A DNA stretch of 64,000 nt from Octopus sinensis (lineage: Eukaryota). Below the pieces are notes generated by a model. That model was not told the origin of the DNA. It saw nothing but the letters and a program-made list of their open reading frames with translations, and did no database searches. The stretch lies in the NCBI RefSeq assembly GCF_006345805.1, contig NC_043009.1, positions 59,520,001 to 59,584,000 on the forward strand, written 5' to 3'. Each line of letters starts with the position of its first letter. Position 1 is the first letter of the stretch. A program made the translations under genes and the position numbers. Below, piece by piece: positions 1-13,740 of this stretch.

Positions 1-170
1 TATGTTGTATGTATGTATGTATGTTGTATGTATGTATGTATGTATGTATGCATGCATGTATGTATGTATGTATGTATGTATGTATGCATGTATGTGAGCA
101 GGTGTGTGCGTGTGTTTGCAAGTGTGTATGAGTGTATGAGTGTGTGTGTGTGTGTGTGTAGTGGTGGTGG
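1..170. repeat. (TATG)n/(TG)n microsatellite
   Basis: Direct inspection. Confidence 0.95.
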
Positions 171-300
171 TGGTGATGTTAATAGGGCTATTATCTAGAT
201 ACGCTGTCATCATATATCGCTATTTCAGCTTTTACATAAATGTTGACATCTATGAGAAATCTAGTTGACATATTTATCACGTCTTCTGATAAATGAGATC

Positions 301-1960
301 TATATTGCAGCGCCGCCGCCATCGCCATCATCATCAGCACCACCACCACCACCACCACCGCCACTACCACCACTACCACCAACACCATGACCATTAAAAC
401 GAACCTACACAACCAACAAACACTACCACCACTACCGTTACTAACATCCCCACAACAACAACCAACAAAGAGAATATTACCACCTCTACTACCACCTACA
501 CAACTAGATACAGCAATGATGCCAATACCACTATATCGATCACCACTACAGTCAACAAGAGCAACATATACAGGTGCAGGAGTGGATGTGTGGTAAGTAG
601 CTTGCTTAGTGACCTCATGGTCCTGGGTTCAGTCCCACTGTGTGGCACCTTGGGCAAATGTCTTTTACTATAGCCTCGGGCCGATCAAAGACTTGTGAGT
701 GAATTTGGTTGACGGAAACTGAAAGAAGCCCGTTGTATATATATATTAACATATGTGTGTATATGTGTGTGTATGTATATATTTGTGTGTCTGAGTTTGT
801 CACACACCCCCCACAACATCGCTTGACAACCGGTTCGGCAAAAAGAGACCGATAGAATAAGTACTAGGCTTCCAAAGAAGCCTGGAGTCGAGTTGCTCAA
901 CTAAAGGTGGTGCTCCAGCATGGCCACTGTCAAATGACTGAAACAAGGCCAACATATATCGCAACTACAACCACCATAAGGACTAACAAAGACATCAGTG
1001 GTACCACTATAACAACTACCACCGCAACTACCACCGACACCAGGAAACACAACATCACCACAGCCATGACAACCACTACCATCTCGAAGCACCCGCCAAT
1101 ACCACTACAACCACTATTGGCACCATCACTGCTACCAACATCACCATCAAAAACACAACCAACAACAGCAACAAACATCAAACGTAATAACCATCACCAT
1201 CACCACCACCATTACGACCACCATTACCACCACCACAACAACTACAACAACAACCACTACAAACACCACCACAACAACTACCACAACCATCACTACCACA
1301 ACCAGCACCACTACTACCACCACCACCACCACAACTACCACAATCATCAACACAACTGCCACCACCTTAACGGCTACCACCACCGTCACAACCACATCCA
1401 CAGCCACTACCGCAACAACAACTACCATGACCACCTCTGCCACAACCACCACCACCACCGTCACAACCACCATGATTACATCCACAGCCACCACCACAAC
1501 AACAACTACCACAACCACCACTACAGCCACCACCACCGTTACAAACCACCATAACTACATCGGCAACCACCACCACAATCACAACCACCACCACCACCAA
1601 TACAACCACCACCACCACAACAACTACCACCACCACCACTACAACAACTACCACCACCACAATCACAACCACCACCACCACCACCACTACAACCACCACC
1701 ACCACAACCACCACAACCACCACTACAACAACTACCACCACCACAACCACCACCATAACAATTACCACCACCACCACTGCGGCCATCACCACCGTTACAT
1801 CTCATCGTAACCACATCCACAACCACAACCATCACCACCAGGTCCTGACTGTAACCGGGGGGCTACCACTGGCTATAGTTGGTAGTCGTTTTACTGTCTC
1901 CATTAGACGTACCTTGATCACCACTACTACCACCACCACCAGCACCACCACCACCATCTT
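301..1960. repeat. Degenerate (CAC/AAC)n low-complexity tract, interrupted by a SINE at 573-946
   Basis: ACC/CAC/AAC triplets dominate and explain the poly-His/Thr/Val ORFs. Confidence 0.9.
573..946 (+). mobile_element. SINE family A (tRNA head, CORE-like domain, (TA)n linker, tail; octopus OR2-like by recall)
   Basis: Head GGAGTGGATGTGTGGTAAG...GGTTCAGTCCC with A/B-box-like motifs; GCACCTTGGGCAAATGTC core; tail CTCCAGCATGGCC...GACTGAAACAAG; more than 15 copies in the window. Confidence 0.85.
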
Positions 1961-2218
1961 CGATTAGAAAATGTGCATAAATATATATATGCTATTCTTA
2001 GATTTTTACAAAAATGGGATGGTTATTTGGTGAATGCCGTTGATCAGATACAATTCTGCTCATTCAGGCCTGACCTGGGGCTATACGTAAACAATACTGA
2101 TGTTAAAATTTTCACTTTTTCCTTTACTATCTCCGTCATCACCAGACTCACTTCTTGCAACTATCTTCGCTATCGAAACGGGTTGAGGAAAAAATATGTC
2201 CCGGAAAGCTCGATACAG

Positions 2219-2295
<77 letters not shown>

Positions 2296-2567
2296 TTTGT
2301 GTGTGTATGTGTGTAGATAGAGCTATGTATAGATATATACACACACACACATATATATATGCATATATACATATACATATACATACATCCTACACACTTA
2401 CACATACATACAAAACATAGTATACACACACACACAAATGTATGTGTAGGTGTTTAAGTGTGTGTTTGTTTGTGTGTGTGTGTAGATCGATAAATAGATA
2501 GAGCTATGTAGATATAGATATACACACACTATGTATACAATATGTATATATGTATATAGTTAATCCA

Positions 2568-2646
<79 letters not shown>

Positions 2647-2949
2647 GTATATATATATGTATATATATATATACACACACATATATATATATATACACAT
2701 ATATATATATACGCATATACATACTCCACACATACACATATATACAACACACATATCACACACACACACACACACACATAGCACACACGCACATACACAC
2801 ATACACTTGTATGTGTAGGTGTAGGTGTTTAAGTATGTGGTATGTGTCTTTGTGTGCGTATGTAGATAGAGAAGACTATGTAGATACTGATATATGTATA
2901 TATATATACATATATACAATATATCTACAAATCTTATATATGTATGTGT

Positions 2950-3020
<71 letters not shown>

Positions 3021-3299
3021 TCTGTGTGTTTGCGTGTATACACATATTTTACTCACGACACACGCATACAAAACACACGCATGTAGGTATGTAAGTGTGT
3101 GTGTCTGTATGTTTGTATTGGGGATGAATTTAATAGAGGCATTTATCCTAATAGTTTCTCTTCCACTCATATATCACTACTTTTAATGCTTCAAAGACAT
3201 GCATTGCATGGACGTGGAAGCCTGCATTCAGTAAGTAACATCCCACATGTGTAATATAGGGATCAATAAACATCCTATGAACTTAAAACTATCTTCGCA

Positions 3300-3374
3300 G
3301 TTGGAAGGCAAAATCTCCCTCTATGTTACATTGAGGAAATTTTATGAGTTCGAAACGTATCCTTTGCCTTCAAC
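3300..3374 (+). ncRNA. Decayed type I hammerhead-like motif
   Basis: TTGAGGA, weak stem II, then CGAAACGTA, enclosed by a 12-bp stem GTTG(G)AAGGCAAA/TTTGCCTTCAAC; pairs next to the core are broken. Confidence 0.3.
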
Positions 3375-3390
3375 GATTGACTTTAATATA

Positions 3391-3840
3391 CTGGAAAGTT
3401 CTGAGGAGGGGTAGAGACTTCCTGGATAGTTCCGAGAAAGGGGAGGAAGGGGAAAAGTAATTCCTGGAAAAGTCCGAAGAGGGGTAGAAACTTCCTGGAA
3501 ACTTCCGAGAGGAAGGGTGGAGGGGAAGAAGGAATTCCCGGAGGGTTCCAAGGATGGAGATAGGGACGTCCTCGAAAGTTCCGAGGGTGGGGAGGGTGGG
3601 GAGGAAATATTTCCTGGAAAATTCCGATGAAGGTGTAGGCACTTCCAGGAAACTTCCGAGAGGAAGGGTGGAGGGGAAGAATAACTTCCTGGAGAGTTCC
3701 GAGGATGGGGATAGGATGTGGAAAGTTCCGAGGATGGGGAGGATGTGGAGGACGAAAGGACTTCCTGAAAGTTTCGAAAAGGGGGAGAGAGGGGAAAAGG
3801 ACTTCCTGGAAAAGTCCGAAGTGGGATTAGGGACTTCTTG
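3391..3840. repeat. Purine-rich minisatellite with conserved ACTTCCTGGAAAGTTCCGAG block and G-rich spacers
   Basis: About 12 units alternating roughly 31 and 40 nt; perfect TTCCWGGAA at 3461, 3492, 3611, 3643 and 3803. Confidence 0.85.
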
Positions 3841-4394
3841 TAAGATTTTCAAATCTTCCTATAATAATAATGTATATGCATTGAGATGTTTGTTGTCCTC
3901 TTTAAGAATTATATGTAGGAGAGAAGGAGAGAGAGAGAGGGGGGAAGTGATCCCGTTATTGTCAGGACTATCAAATATTGTTATACATCGCTGGTCACAA
4001 TGCGCTTTGCATGGTCTTAGCTTCCGAATGACGCCACTCCGCTTGCGAGGCGTGCAAGCCAACATTTCCTCACCTCGACCGAAAGGGAGACAGAAGCAAC
4101 GTGAAGGGAAATGTTATGTTAAAAGAACACAACACAATCCATGATCTGAGAATCGAACCAGTGATGTAGCGGTCGTGAGTGCAACAGCCTAACTACTAGG
4201 CCACACGCCTTCCCCCTCCTCCACACACGTATGTATGAATGTATGTAAGTCATTGTTCAGTTTATTTCAAGATTTCTTGCCAATAGAGAACGAGCTGGTT
4301 TCTAACCTAGATTCAAGGCTCCTTCATTGGAATTTCAACATCAACAACAGGGTATTTTTGTTTCTATGTATGTATGCATGTATGTATATATGTA

Positions 4395-4550
4395 GAGTTT
4401 ACGAAAAAAAAACAAAAGACGAAGACAGGTGGTGTACAAAACAAACAGATGTATTAGTATAACGCTCAGGAATAGAAAAAGTCTTTTACGTTTCGAGCCT
4501 ACGCTCTTCTACAGAAAGGGACACAGAAAAAACAAGGAGAGGTATGGAAG
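4395..4550 (-). mobile_element. Interspersed repeat family Y with hammerhead-like motif (possibly Penelope-like pLTR or non-autonomous element)
   Basis: Near-identical copies at 15575-15775 and 59327-59530; decayed copy at 41165-41295 (+). Confidence 0.7.
4483..4518 (-). ncRNA. Minimal hammerhead-like motif with A6U core variant
   Basis: CTTT-CTGTAGA-A-GAGC-GTAG-GCTC-GAAAC-GTA-AAAG; same fold at 15662-15697 and 59415-59450 (loop GTAA). Confidence 0.45.
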
Positions 4551-4770
4551 AATGGATGCATGTATGTATGTATTTATCTGTGCAGATTTCTATGTTTTGC
4601 TTTATGTATGTATTCCCATGCATATAGTTTCATATCTAGACATGCTCATATGTACGTAAATATGTATGTATGTATGTATGCATGTATGTATGTTGTATGT
4701 ATGTGTGTATGTATGTATGTATGTATGTATGTATGTATGTATGTATGTATGTATGTATGTATGTATGTAT

Positions 4771-5001
4771 GGCGGCGAGCTGGCAGAAACGTTAGCACGC
4801 CGGGCGAAATGCGTAGCCGTATTTCGTCTGCCGTTACGTTCTGAGTTCAAATTCCGCCGAGGTCGACTTTGCCTTTCATCCTTTCGAGGTCGATAAATTA
4901 AGTACCAGTTACGCACTGGGGTCGATGTAATCGACTTAATCCGTTTGTCTGTCCTTGTTTGTCCCCTCTGTGTTTAACCCCTTGTGGGTAGTAAAGAAAT
5001 A
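4771..5001 (+). mobile_element. SINE family B (GGCGGCGAGCTGGCAGAA head; Nin/Deu-like central domain by recall)
   Basis: B-box-like GAGTTCAAATTCC; CCTTTCATCCTTTCGAGGTCGATAAATTAAGTACCAG; more than 12 copies in the window. Confidence 0.85.
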
Positions 5002-6173
5002 TGTATGTATGCATGCATGTATGTATGTATGGACGACAGCTTCCCTGCAGGTTTCGTCAATTGTAGTCACTCGGAATACATTGGTAGTCCGTAGATTATT
5101 ATAGAAGACATTGGCAAAATGCCGTGAAGTAGAACTTCACTCGAAATCACATGGTTGTAATCAAATTTCTTAACCATACTAACTTGTTTGTACTTGTATA
5201 AAATATAAATATTTTTTTTAGCATTTTATCATTTTCATTTCAACAGCAACCTCAGCGTTTTGCGCAGAAAATTCGCCATGACAAGCTTCTTCGACTAATT
5301 TTAAATAATTAGGAGCTGAGTAGAAAAATAATGTTAGTCGATGATTAATGATAGCGTTAATTGTTTGGGCAAGTACAGAAAATAACTTTAGACAATATCT
5401 CAGCAATTGCTTTCATTTGTTAATTTTCTAAAAAACAAAAATTCACAATGACAGTTGGTCATTATTATTCTACACTTGGCTTTCTACACTTGTGTTTCTA
5501 AACCTGTTTATTCTACGCCATTCTCTCATACGACGTCGAGGAGATCTAATATATCCGAAACATGAACGCAATTGTCTCCCTTGCTTGCTGGAACAATTAA
5601 AAAATCGACATAGTCATTGATAACTATGAGCGCTTCCTTATCACCTCATTATTATATTTAACAAACATTCTTTTTTTATTATTTTGCTCTGGATAAACTA
5701 TATTAGCACTACTATTGACTACTATTTCTAATATCTGACATAAATTTGTATCACGCCTCCTCATTGGTTCAATAAATATGCACAGCTATATGAAGGAATA
5801 TAGAAATTAACCTCCAAGGGCTATTGTGTTTATATCATGTTTGGACAGAATTCGTACAACAGACCAGCGGAAGACACTGAAGTTATGGAATTTTATACAT
5901 TGTAGGCAAATAATCATATGTGTGCATATGTGCAAAAGTTGTGTGTAGTGTGCGTGTGCGTGTGTGTGTGTGAGTGTGCTGTGCAGGAGTATAGGTAAAC
6001 TGAATAAAGTGAAGACAAACACAGATATGTATTTGCATCTATTCTCAATTCTTCCCTTTGTCTCACTCTTACATTGCGCATGCGCATTCACACTGATTGT
6101 AATATGCATACACATGCATACCATATGTACATACATATATATGTATCTGTAATATATATATATGTATCTATAA

Positions 6174-6237
<64 letters not shown>

Positions 6238-7039
6238 TATAGGTGTGTGAGTGTATGTGGCTGTCTTTTAGATACACACACAGATTATATGCACATACGT
6301 ATATATATATATATACGTACGTATGTATGTATATATATGTATGTATAATTATATATATATATATATATGTGTGTGTATGTGCATGTGTCTATGTGTGTAT
6401 AGCTACACACACATATATACATATACACGCACATATTTATAGTCATAAATATACACGTATATGACAATATATATATATATTTATATATATATGAATAGAT
6501 ACATATATATATATACACACAAATACACACACACACACACATATATATATATACATATGCATATATGTATGTATATATATATATGTATATATATGTATAT
6601 ATATGTACGTATGTAGGTATGTATTATATATATATATGAATAAAACATGCGAACACACATCATATATATATATACAGACCAAAGAGAGAGAAAGACAGAG
6701 ACAACGGCAGAAGGACGTACCCTCTGGCTAAACCGGGTAGGCATTGCCTACCCGACCTAAATCAATGAATATTAATTATGAAACATAATAAGTACACCAT
6801 TTCCAATTCGTTATTAAAATTCTAATTCAATGTATGGAAGCGGGTAAAAGTGTACTATTTTTGTTTCAGACAGTCACAATTACCATTCCTTTCAAGTTCA
6901 GCGTCTGCGATTGTGTGTGATTGTGTGTGTCAGTGTATCCATACACCATTGTATACATGAATATATATATACGTGTGTATATATGTGTATATTTGTATGT
7001 ATGTATGTATGTATGTATGTATGTATGTATGTATGTATG

Positions 7040-7097
<58 letters not shown>

Positions 7098-7347
7098 AAT
7101 GGCGGTGTGATATTAATCACACTAATATATGTCCCCCATTCTGTCATTATAATGGAATAAGATCATCTTTATTCATTTATTCTATATTTCGTCCTTTGGT
7201 TCAATATGTATTCTCTACAAATGCATAAATACATAGACGTATATACGTATATGCACACATGTATACACACGTATGTATTTATATATCTATATATATATAT
7301 ATATATATATTTAGTATGTATATATTCATATATATGTATGTATATAT

Positions 7348-7435
<88 letters not shown>

Positions 7436-7439
7436 TATA

Positions 7440-7499
<60 letters not shown>

Positions 7500-7534
7500 T
7501 ACACATACATATATACATATATGTGTATATCGAC

Positions 7535-7949
7535 ATACCGGTGGATGGAGAACAACAATGTAAAAAGACTCCCTTCTGAAGAAGATCGTAAATCGATTTG
7601 GTCTAAGATGGGGAATGAAAGGATTATTTCAGCCATAATAGATCGAAGCTGAATGCTATCAGGAGCGAAAATTATATCAATTCCAACAATAAAACCTACA
7701 CTATGGCCTCCAAGAAGTTTACCAAAGCTATTGGAATGCTGCATAATTGAAAGGCACCGAGAAGAAACTAAACAGTTAGATAATACTTGGTACAAGACCT
7801 GCACAACATCACTCATACTTATGTTTAAAAGAAGTATGGAAGACTACAGCGATATGTCACGTTCGTTTTCCATATCACAGAAATATCTTGTGACCAAGAA
7901 GTGCAATAGTAATTCAGGAGAAATATATAATCCAATGCTTTACCTCTAA
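7535..7949 (+). mobile_element. Decayed R4/Dong-like non-LTR retrotransposon fragment (region just upstream of RT)
   Basis: Relic motifs across frameshifts: [17 protein letters not shown] (NWKAPG), WYKT..TSL, YLVTKK...IYNPMLYL (LIPK...NYRPITCL). Confidence 0.6.
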
Positions 7950-7954
7950 ATATT

Positions 7955-8530
7955 ACTCTGTACTCTCTTTTACTCTCTTACTTGTTTCTGTCATTTGACT
8001 GCGGCCATATTGGAGCAACGCCTTTAGTCGAGCAAATCGACCCCAGGACTTATTCTTTGGACGCCTAGTACTTATTCTATCGTTCTCTTTTGCCGAACCA
8101 CTAAGTTACACCAGCATCGGTTGTCAAGCGTTGTTGAGGGGGACAAACGCAGACACACAAGCACACACACATATATATATATATATGCAGCACGGATTTA
8201 GCGACGAAAATATTTTGACAAATTAAACTTAAATGTTGAAGTGAACCGAACGGCTTTTGTGTGTTTCTTAAATGGCTTATAAACACCTTCCACGCTACAA
8301 TTGTTTTCGTTTCAGCACACGATCTCAGATCAAATTACTTGCTATGCGAGTACATCTACGTATATATATATATACATACATATATACGACGTGCTTCTTT
8401 CAGTTTCCGTCTACCAAATCCACTCACAAGGCTTTGGTCGGCCCGATGCTATAGTAGAAGACACTTGCCCAAGGTGCGACGCAGTGGGAGTGAACCCGGG
8501 ACCATGTGGTTGTAAGCAAGCTACCCCTAC
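7955..8530 (-). mobile_element. SINE family A with an unrelated insertion in its TA linker (8190-8380)
   Basis: Tail half at 7955-8185 and head/core half at 8385-8530. Confidence 0.75.
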
Positions 8531-8630
8531 GCATTATGTATAACCTTAACACAAGTTGCTCAAATTATTTCTTCCAAGAAACCCTGCAAACATCGGTCAA
8601 TAAATATATCTTTTATTTTTTATATTCGAC

Positions 8631-9010
8631 CAGTTTCTGTCGTTTGACTGCGGCCATGCTTGGGTACTGCCTCAAAAGATATTAGTCGAGCGAATCAACC
8701 TCAGTGCTTTTTTTAAAGCCTGGTATTCTTTCGGTTTCTTTTGCCGAAACGCTAAGTTACGGGTACGTAAACACGCCAGTACCACTTTTCAATTGGTAGT
8801 GGAGAACAACGCAGACACAAATAGACACATACATAGAGTTTTATATACGACGGGCTTCTTCCAGTTTCCGTCTCGAAATCCATCCTCAAGGCTACAGTCG
8901 GCTCGTGGTAATAGTAGAAGACACTTGCCCAAGATGCCACGCAGTGAGATTGAACCGGGAGCCATGTGGTTCAAAGGCAAACATCTTACCACACAGCCAC
9001 GCATGCGCCT
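8631..9010 (-). mobile_element. SINE family A
   Basis: Matches other copies. Confidence 0.8.
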
Positions 9011-9089
9011 GACGGCGAAAAACCGTTTTTGCTTCTGACAAAGAATGTTATATCTCTCTGACTAAAGATACGACGTTTTCTTCATTATA

Positions 9090-9494
9090 TACTCTTTTAC
9101 TTGTTTCAGTCATTTGACTGCGTCCGTGCTGGAGCACCGCCTTTAGTCGAGAAAATCAACCCCGGGACTTATTCTTTGTAAGCCCAGTACATATTCTATC
9201 GGACTCTTTTGCCGAACCGCTAAGTAATGGGGCCGTAAACACACCAGCATCGGTTGTCAAGCAATGCTAGGGGGACAAACACAGACACAGACACACAACA
9301 CACACACATACATATATATATACATATATACGACAGGCTTCTTTCAGTTTCCGTCAACCAAATCCACTCACAAGGCATTGGTCGGCCCGGGGCTGTAGCA
9401 GAAGACACTTGCCCAAGATGCCACTCAGTGGGACTGAACCCGGAACCATATGGTTGGCTAGCAAGCTACTTACCACACAGCCATTCCTGCGCCT
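9090..9494 (-). mobile_element. SINE family A, full length
   Basis: Matches other copies. Confidence 0.85.
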
Positions 9495-10349
9495 ATATAT
9501 CATGATATATTTTATTTATCTCATTCAAACTAATGAACTAAATATGGTTGTATTGCTGAGAGTGATAAAAAAAAACCAACAACAACAACAACAACAAAAG
9601 AGCATCTACGCAGCCTCTGTATTTGCTAAACCTATATAATTCCAAGCCGTTTCTATTGAAAGGCTTGCAAACACATGATTGACCATCCTCTCCGGTGTAA
9701 ATCCATTGTAAGTGAAAGCGCAACGACTGTCTGTGTCTCTGATGTTATAAATCTTTCGAAGGTAATATTTCAAGAAGTCTATCTGTCTCTGCTTTTATAT
9801 TTATTTCGTAGCACTAAATTTATTGCGATTTTCTTTTCTGTCTTTCATTTCTGTAATTCTTTCTTTTCTTTTTTCTTTTTTTTTTTTTTCCCTTTAAATC
9901 TGGTTATATACATATTAGTCCTTTATAACAGCAAGTAGCACCAATGTCATCGGTAATTTCTTTGAAGATATTCTAAAGAAATATACTGTAAATGTTTGTA
10001 ATGCTGAGAAACAGCTGGATATAATAACAATATTTTAGCTGATATATAGAAGAAATTTAGCCACAAGACATGCTCGTATATTCTTGGTGAATGTGAAAAG
10101 AAAGAAACAAACCATTTTCCAAACAAAAAAATATGAATATCGATGGTCTCTGTATTTTTTCTGTTCCTCACAGCGATTACTACAAATACCAAGGAATTGA
10201 CAAAAATATATCATAGAAAAATGCTACGAACAAAGCTACGGAGATCAAAGTGTATTAGTCCAAATATTGTGTTTAATATGATAATCAGTGCTTTTGTCTT
10301 ACAAGACAAATATCCAACTGTCAGTAAATATTTTGTTCACCAATTTCTC

Positions 10350-10449
10350 NNNNNNNNNNNNNNNNNNNNNNNNNNNNNNNNNNNNNNNNNNNNNNNNNNN
10401 NNNNNNNNNNNNNNNNNNNNNNNNNNNNNNNNNNNNNNNNNNNNNNNNN
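10350..10449. other. Assembly gap (100 N)
   Basis: N run. Confidence 1.
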
Positions 10450-10454
10450 ACAAA

Positions 10455-10800
10455 TCGACTCCAGGATATTTTTAAAGGCTAATACTTACTCTATCGGTCT
10501 CTCTTGCCGAACCAATAAGTTATGGGGACGTAACCACACCAACACCGGTTGTTAGGCAGTGATGGAGGGGGGAACAAACACAGACACACACATACACACA
10601 GATACATACATATATGTTTTTGTGTATATATTATATATATATATATACGACGGGATTCTTTCAGTTTCCGTCTACCAAATCTACTCACTAGTCTTTGGTC
10701 GGCCCGAGGCTATAGTAGAACACACTTGTTCAAGATGCCACACAGTGGAACTGAACCTGAAACCATGTGGTTGGGAAACAACCTTCTTACCACCTTCTTG
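10455..10800 (-). mobile_element. SINE family A
   Basis: Matches other copies. Confidence 0.8.
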
Positions 10801-11223
10801 AACGGCCGTTGCTGTTGCTGTGGTTGTTGTTGTTCTTGCTGTCATCATCATCGTTGTTGTCGGTGGTGTTGTATAGCCCCAGGCCAGTCCTGAACTGAGT
10901 AGATCTATGAGTTAAGACATCTCAGCTGAAGCAAAGTAACACCAAATATATAGTGCGTATGTTTTTATTGGATAAACTGGCAAAATGACCATTCCTAAAT
11001 ACAACATATATATATATATATATACACATATATAGAAACATATATACATTCATATATTGCATATATATGTAAATATGCATATACATATATACATGCGTGT
11101 GTGTGTGTGTGTGTGTGTGTGTTTAAGTTTTTGTCCCCACCAGCACCGCTTGACAACCGGTATTGGTTTGACTACGTTCCCTATGCCCTAGCGGTTCGGC
11201 CAAAGTGACCAGCTGAATAAGTA

Positions 11224-11350
11224 CTTGATAAGATATGCATTTGAATAAGGCTTGATAAGATATGCATTTGAATAAGGCTTGATAAGATATGCATTTGAAT
11301 AAGGCTTGATAAGATATGCATTTGAATAAGGCTTGATAAGATATGCATTT
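11224..11350. repeat. Perfect 27-bp tandem repeat x4.7 (CTTGATAAGATATGCATTTGAATAAGG)
   Basis: Identical units starting at 11224, 11251, 11278, 11305 and 11332 (partial). Confidence 0.97.
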
Positions 11351-11619
11351 TTCTTATCCCTAGAGCATAATTACCACCACTACCACCCTCGCCACCATCA
11401 CTGTCACCTTGCACAACACACTGTCATTACCATCACCCCCCTTTCTCCACCCCCAAAATCACCATTATAAGCACCGGTGATCAATAACTATCTGACAACC
11501 CAAACTACAACCGCCATAAGTCTCAAAATACCGTCACCTTCATTGCCGCAAGCAGCACTGCTTTCGTAACCCCTAACAACATTATCTCGATGGCCACCAC
11601 GATGACTACTATTCACATC

Positions 11620-11639
11620 ACCATCAACATCCTCATCGC

Positions 11640-11674
<35 letters not shown>

Positions 11675-11686
11675 CAATCATCGTCG

Positions 11687-11743
<57 letters not shown>

Positions 11744-11941
11744 CCATCACCATCATCATCATCACCATCATCATTCTCATCATCATCAGCGCCATCGGTG
11801 TCATAATCATCAGCGTCATCATCATCTTCAGCGTCATCATCATCATCATCATCATCATCATCAGTGCCATCGGTGTTATCATCATCAGCGTCATAGCGTC
11901 ATCATCACCATCAGCGTCATCATCATCATCATCATCGTCAC

Positions 11942-11972
<31 letters not shown>

Positions 11973-11981
11973 GTCACCATC

Positions 11982-12041
<60 letters not shown>

Positions 12042-12110
12042 GTCATTATTACCAACACTATACTCACCACTTCCACCGCCACCTTCATCATCAGCAGCAG
12101 CAGCAACAGC
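11620..12110. repeat. (ATC)n compound microsatellite
   Basis: Direct inspection. Confidence 0.95.
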
Positions 12111-12770
12111 ACCACCACAACCACCACCATTATCATCGTCAACATCATCACCAACAGTACCACGACTGAATATTTTCACTCTCAGCAACGACACTGCTGA
12201 TACTATCAACTTTATCAACACCACCACCACCACTACCAACAACAAAAACCAGAACTACTACCAATACCATTATCGCGTTCATCCATCAATGCCTACAACC
12301 ATCATCATTATTCCTCAGTGAGATGCTAAAATAGAATGAAATAAAATAAAAAAACACGAGCAAAGAACGAACGAAAATAAGATATGACAGATATATGTAA
12401 ACTAATGAGAAATATCTAGAACAACCGACCTGACATTGTCATAGAAGATCATTGTAACAAGCGCGTGTCTTATTGATTGATATGGCCGTGTCCATTGTTT
12501 TGTGGACAGAAGCATATAATAGAAAAACAATGCAGATAGTCATCTGCTGTACAACTGAGAACAACTGAAAAGGCAAAAATGCAGCATGCACTGCAAATGA
12601 ATCAGGTCTGTTTAATTCAAGACTGCACCAGAATACATTACGATGCATCGGAATGAACTTCAAACGCAGCGAAGAAATTACTGCAAATTATCCGGAATAA
12701 ACAATTTTAATAAAAAGATGGCATCGCATCAGCTTTATGTTATCAATTATCAATCAGAAAATTAGTCGTG

Positions 12771-12810
<40 letters not shown>

Positions 12811-12897
12811 CAATATATGTATGTATATATATATATTATATCAATATATGTATGTATGTATTATATATATTATATCAAATATGTATGTATATATATA

Positions 12898-12967
<70 letters not shown>

Positions 12968-13225
12968 ATGTATGTAGGTTATAATTTATATATATGTTAT
13001 ATATACATATTAATATATATATATGTATTATATACATGTATATATATATGTATATATATAAAATATATATATATATATGTATGTATATATATGTATATAA
13101 TGTATACATATATTATATGCGCATATATATGTGTATATATATATATGCGTATATATAAGTATATATAATATATATGTATATATATGTATATATGTATATA
13201 TATAATGTATATATATGTATATATG

Positions 13226-13272
<47 letters not shown>

Positions 13273-13740
13273 ATATGTTATATATATATATATATATTAT
13301 AAGTTATATATATTTACATAATTGTGTGTGCATGTGTGTATGCCTGTGTGTTAATAGTGTGAGTAAATTTGTATGGAGGAATTCCAACCATGCTACCTCA
13401 ATAGCTCCTTTATAAGATCCAGTGGCTAAAGACATCATCAGGAGGAACCACGTCCGGTTTCGGCCCCTTTTGTGTGTGTGTGCGTTGTGCGTATGTATGT
13501 GTGTTAGTATATGTGAATAAATTTGCATGTATTTATCTGTATGTATATAGGTACTCTCTCTACCTCTCTATATATGGGTACCTCTTTGTATGGGTGTATA
13601 CGTCTATTAATACACGCACATATATGTTCTTGGACACAGATATACCTATACGAATATATATATATTTGCATACATTTGTATGCATACATATACAAACATA
13701 TACGTGTGTGTGAGTGTGTGTGTATATATATATATATATA

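Noticed and set aside
907-1810. His-rich or Thr-rich mucin-like ORFs
   Set aside because: The first ORF starts inside a SINE tail, several frames on both strands are open, and there is no splice or signal-peptide support.
1990-2090. Apparent plus-strand exon
   Set aside because: Its reverse complement matches the repeat at ~10870 (TATAGCCCCAGG...), so it is a repeat relic.
3391-3840. CRISPR-like repeat-spacer array
   Set aside because: Spacers are related G-rich sequences, repeats are degenerate, there are no cas genes, and the context is eukaryotic.
5530-5580. CGAGGA-GAT...ATC-CGAAACATGA hammerhead relic
   Set aside because: Needs at least three repairs; too degenerate to support.
10350-10449. 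ORFs crossing the N run
   Set aside because: Assembly gap; continuity is unknown.
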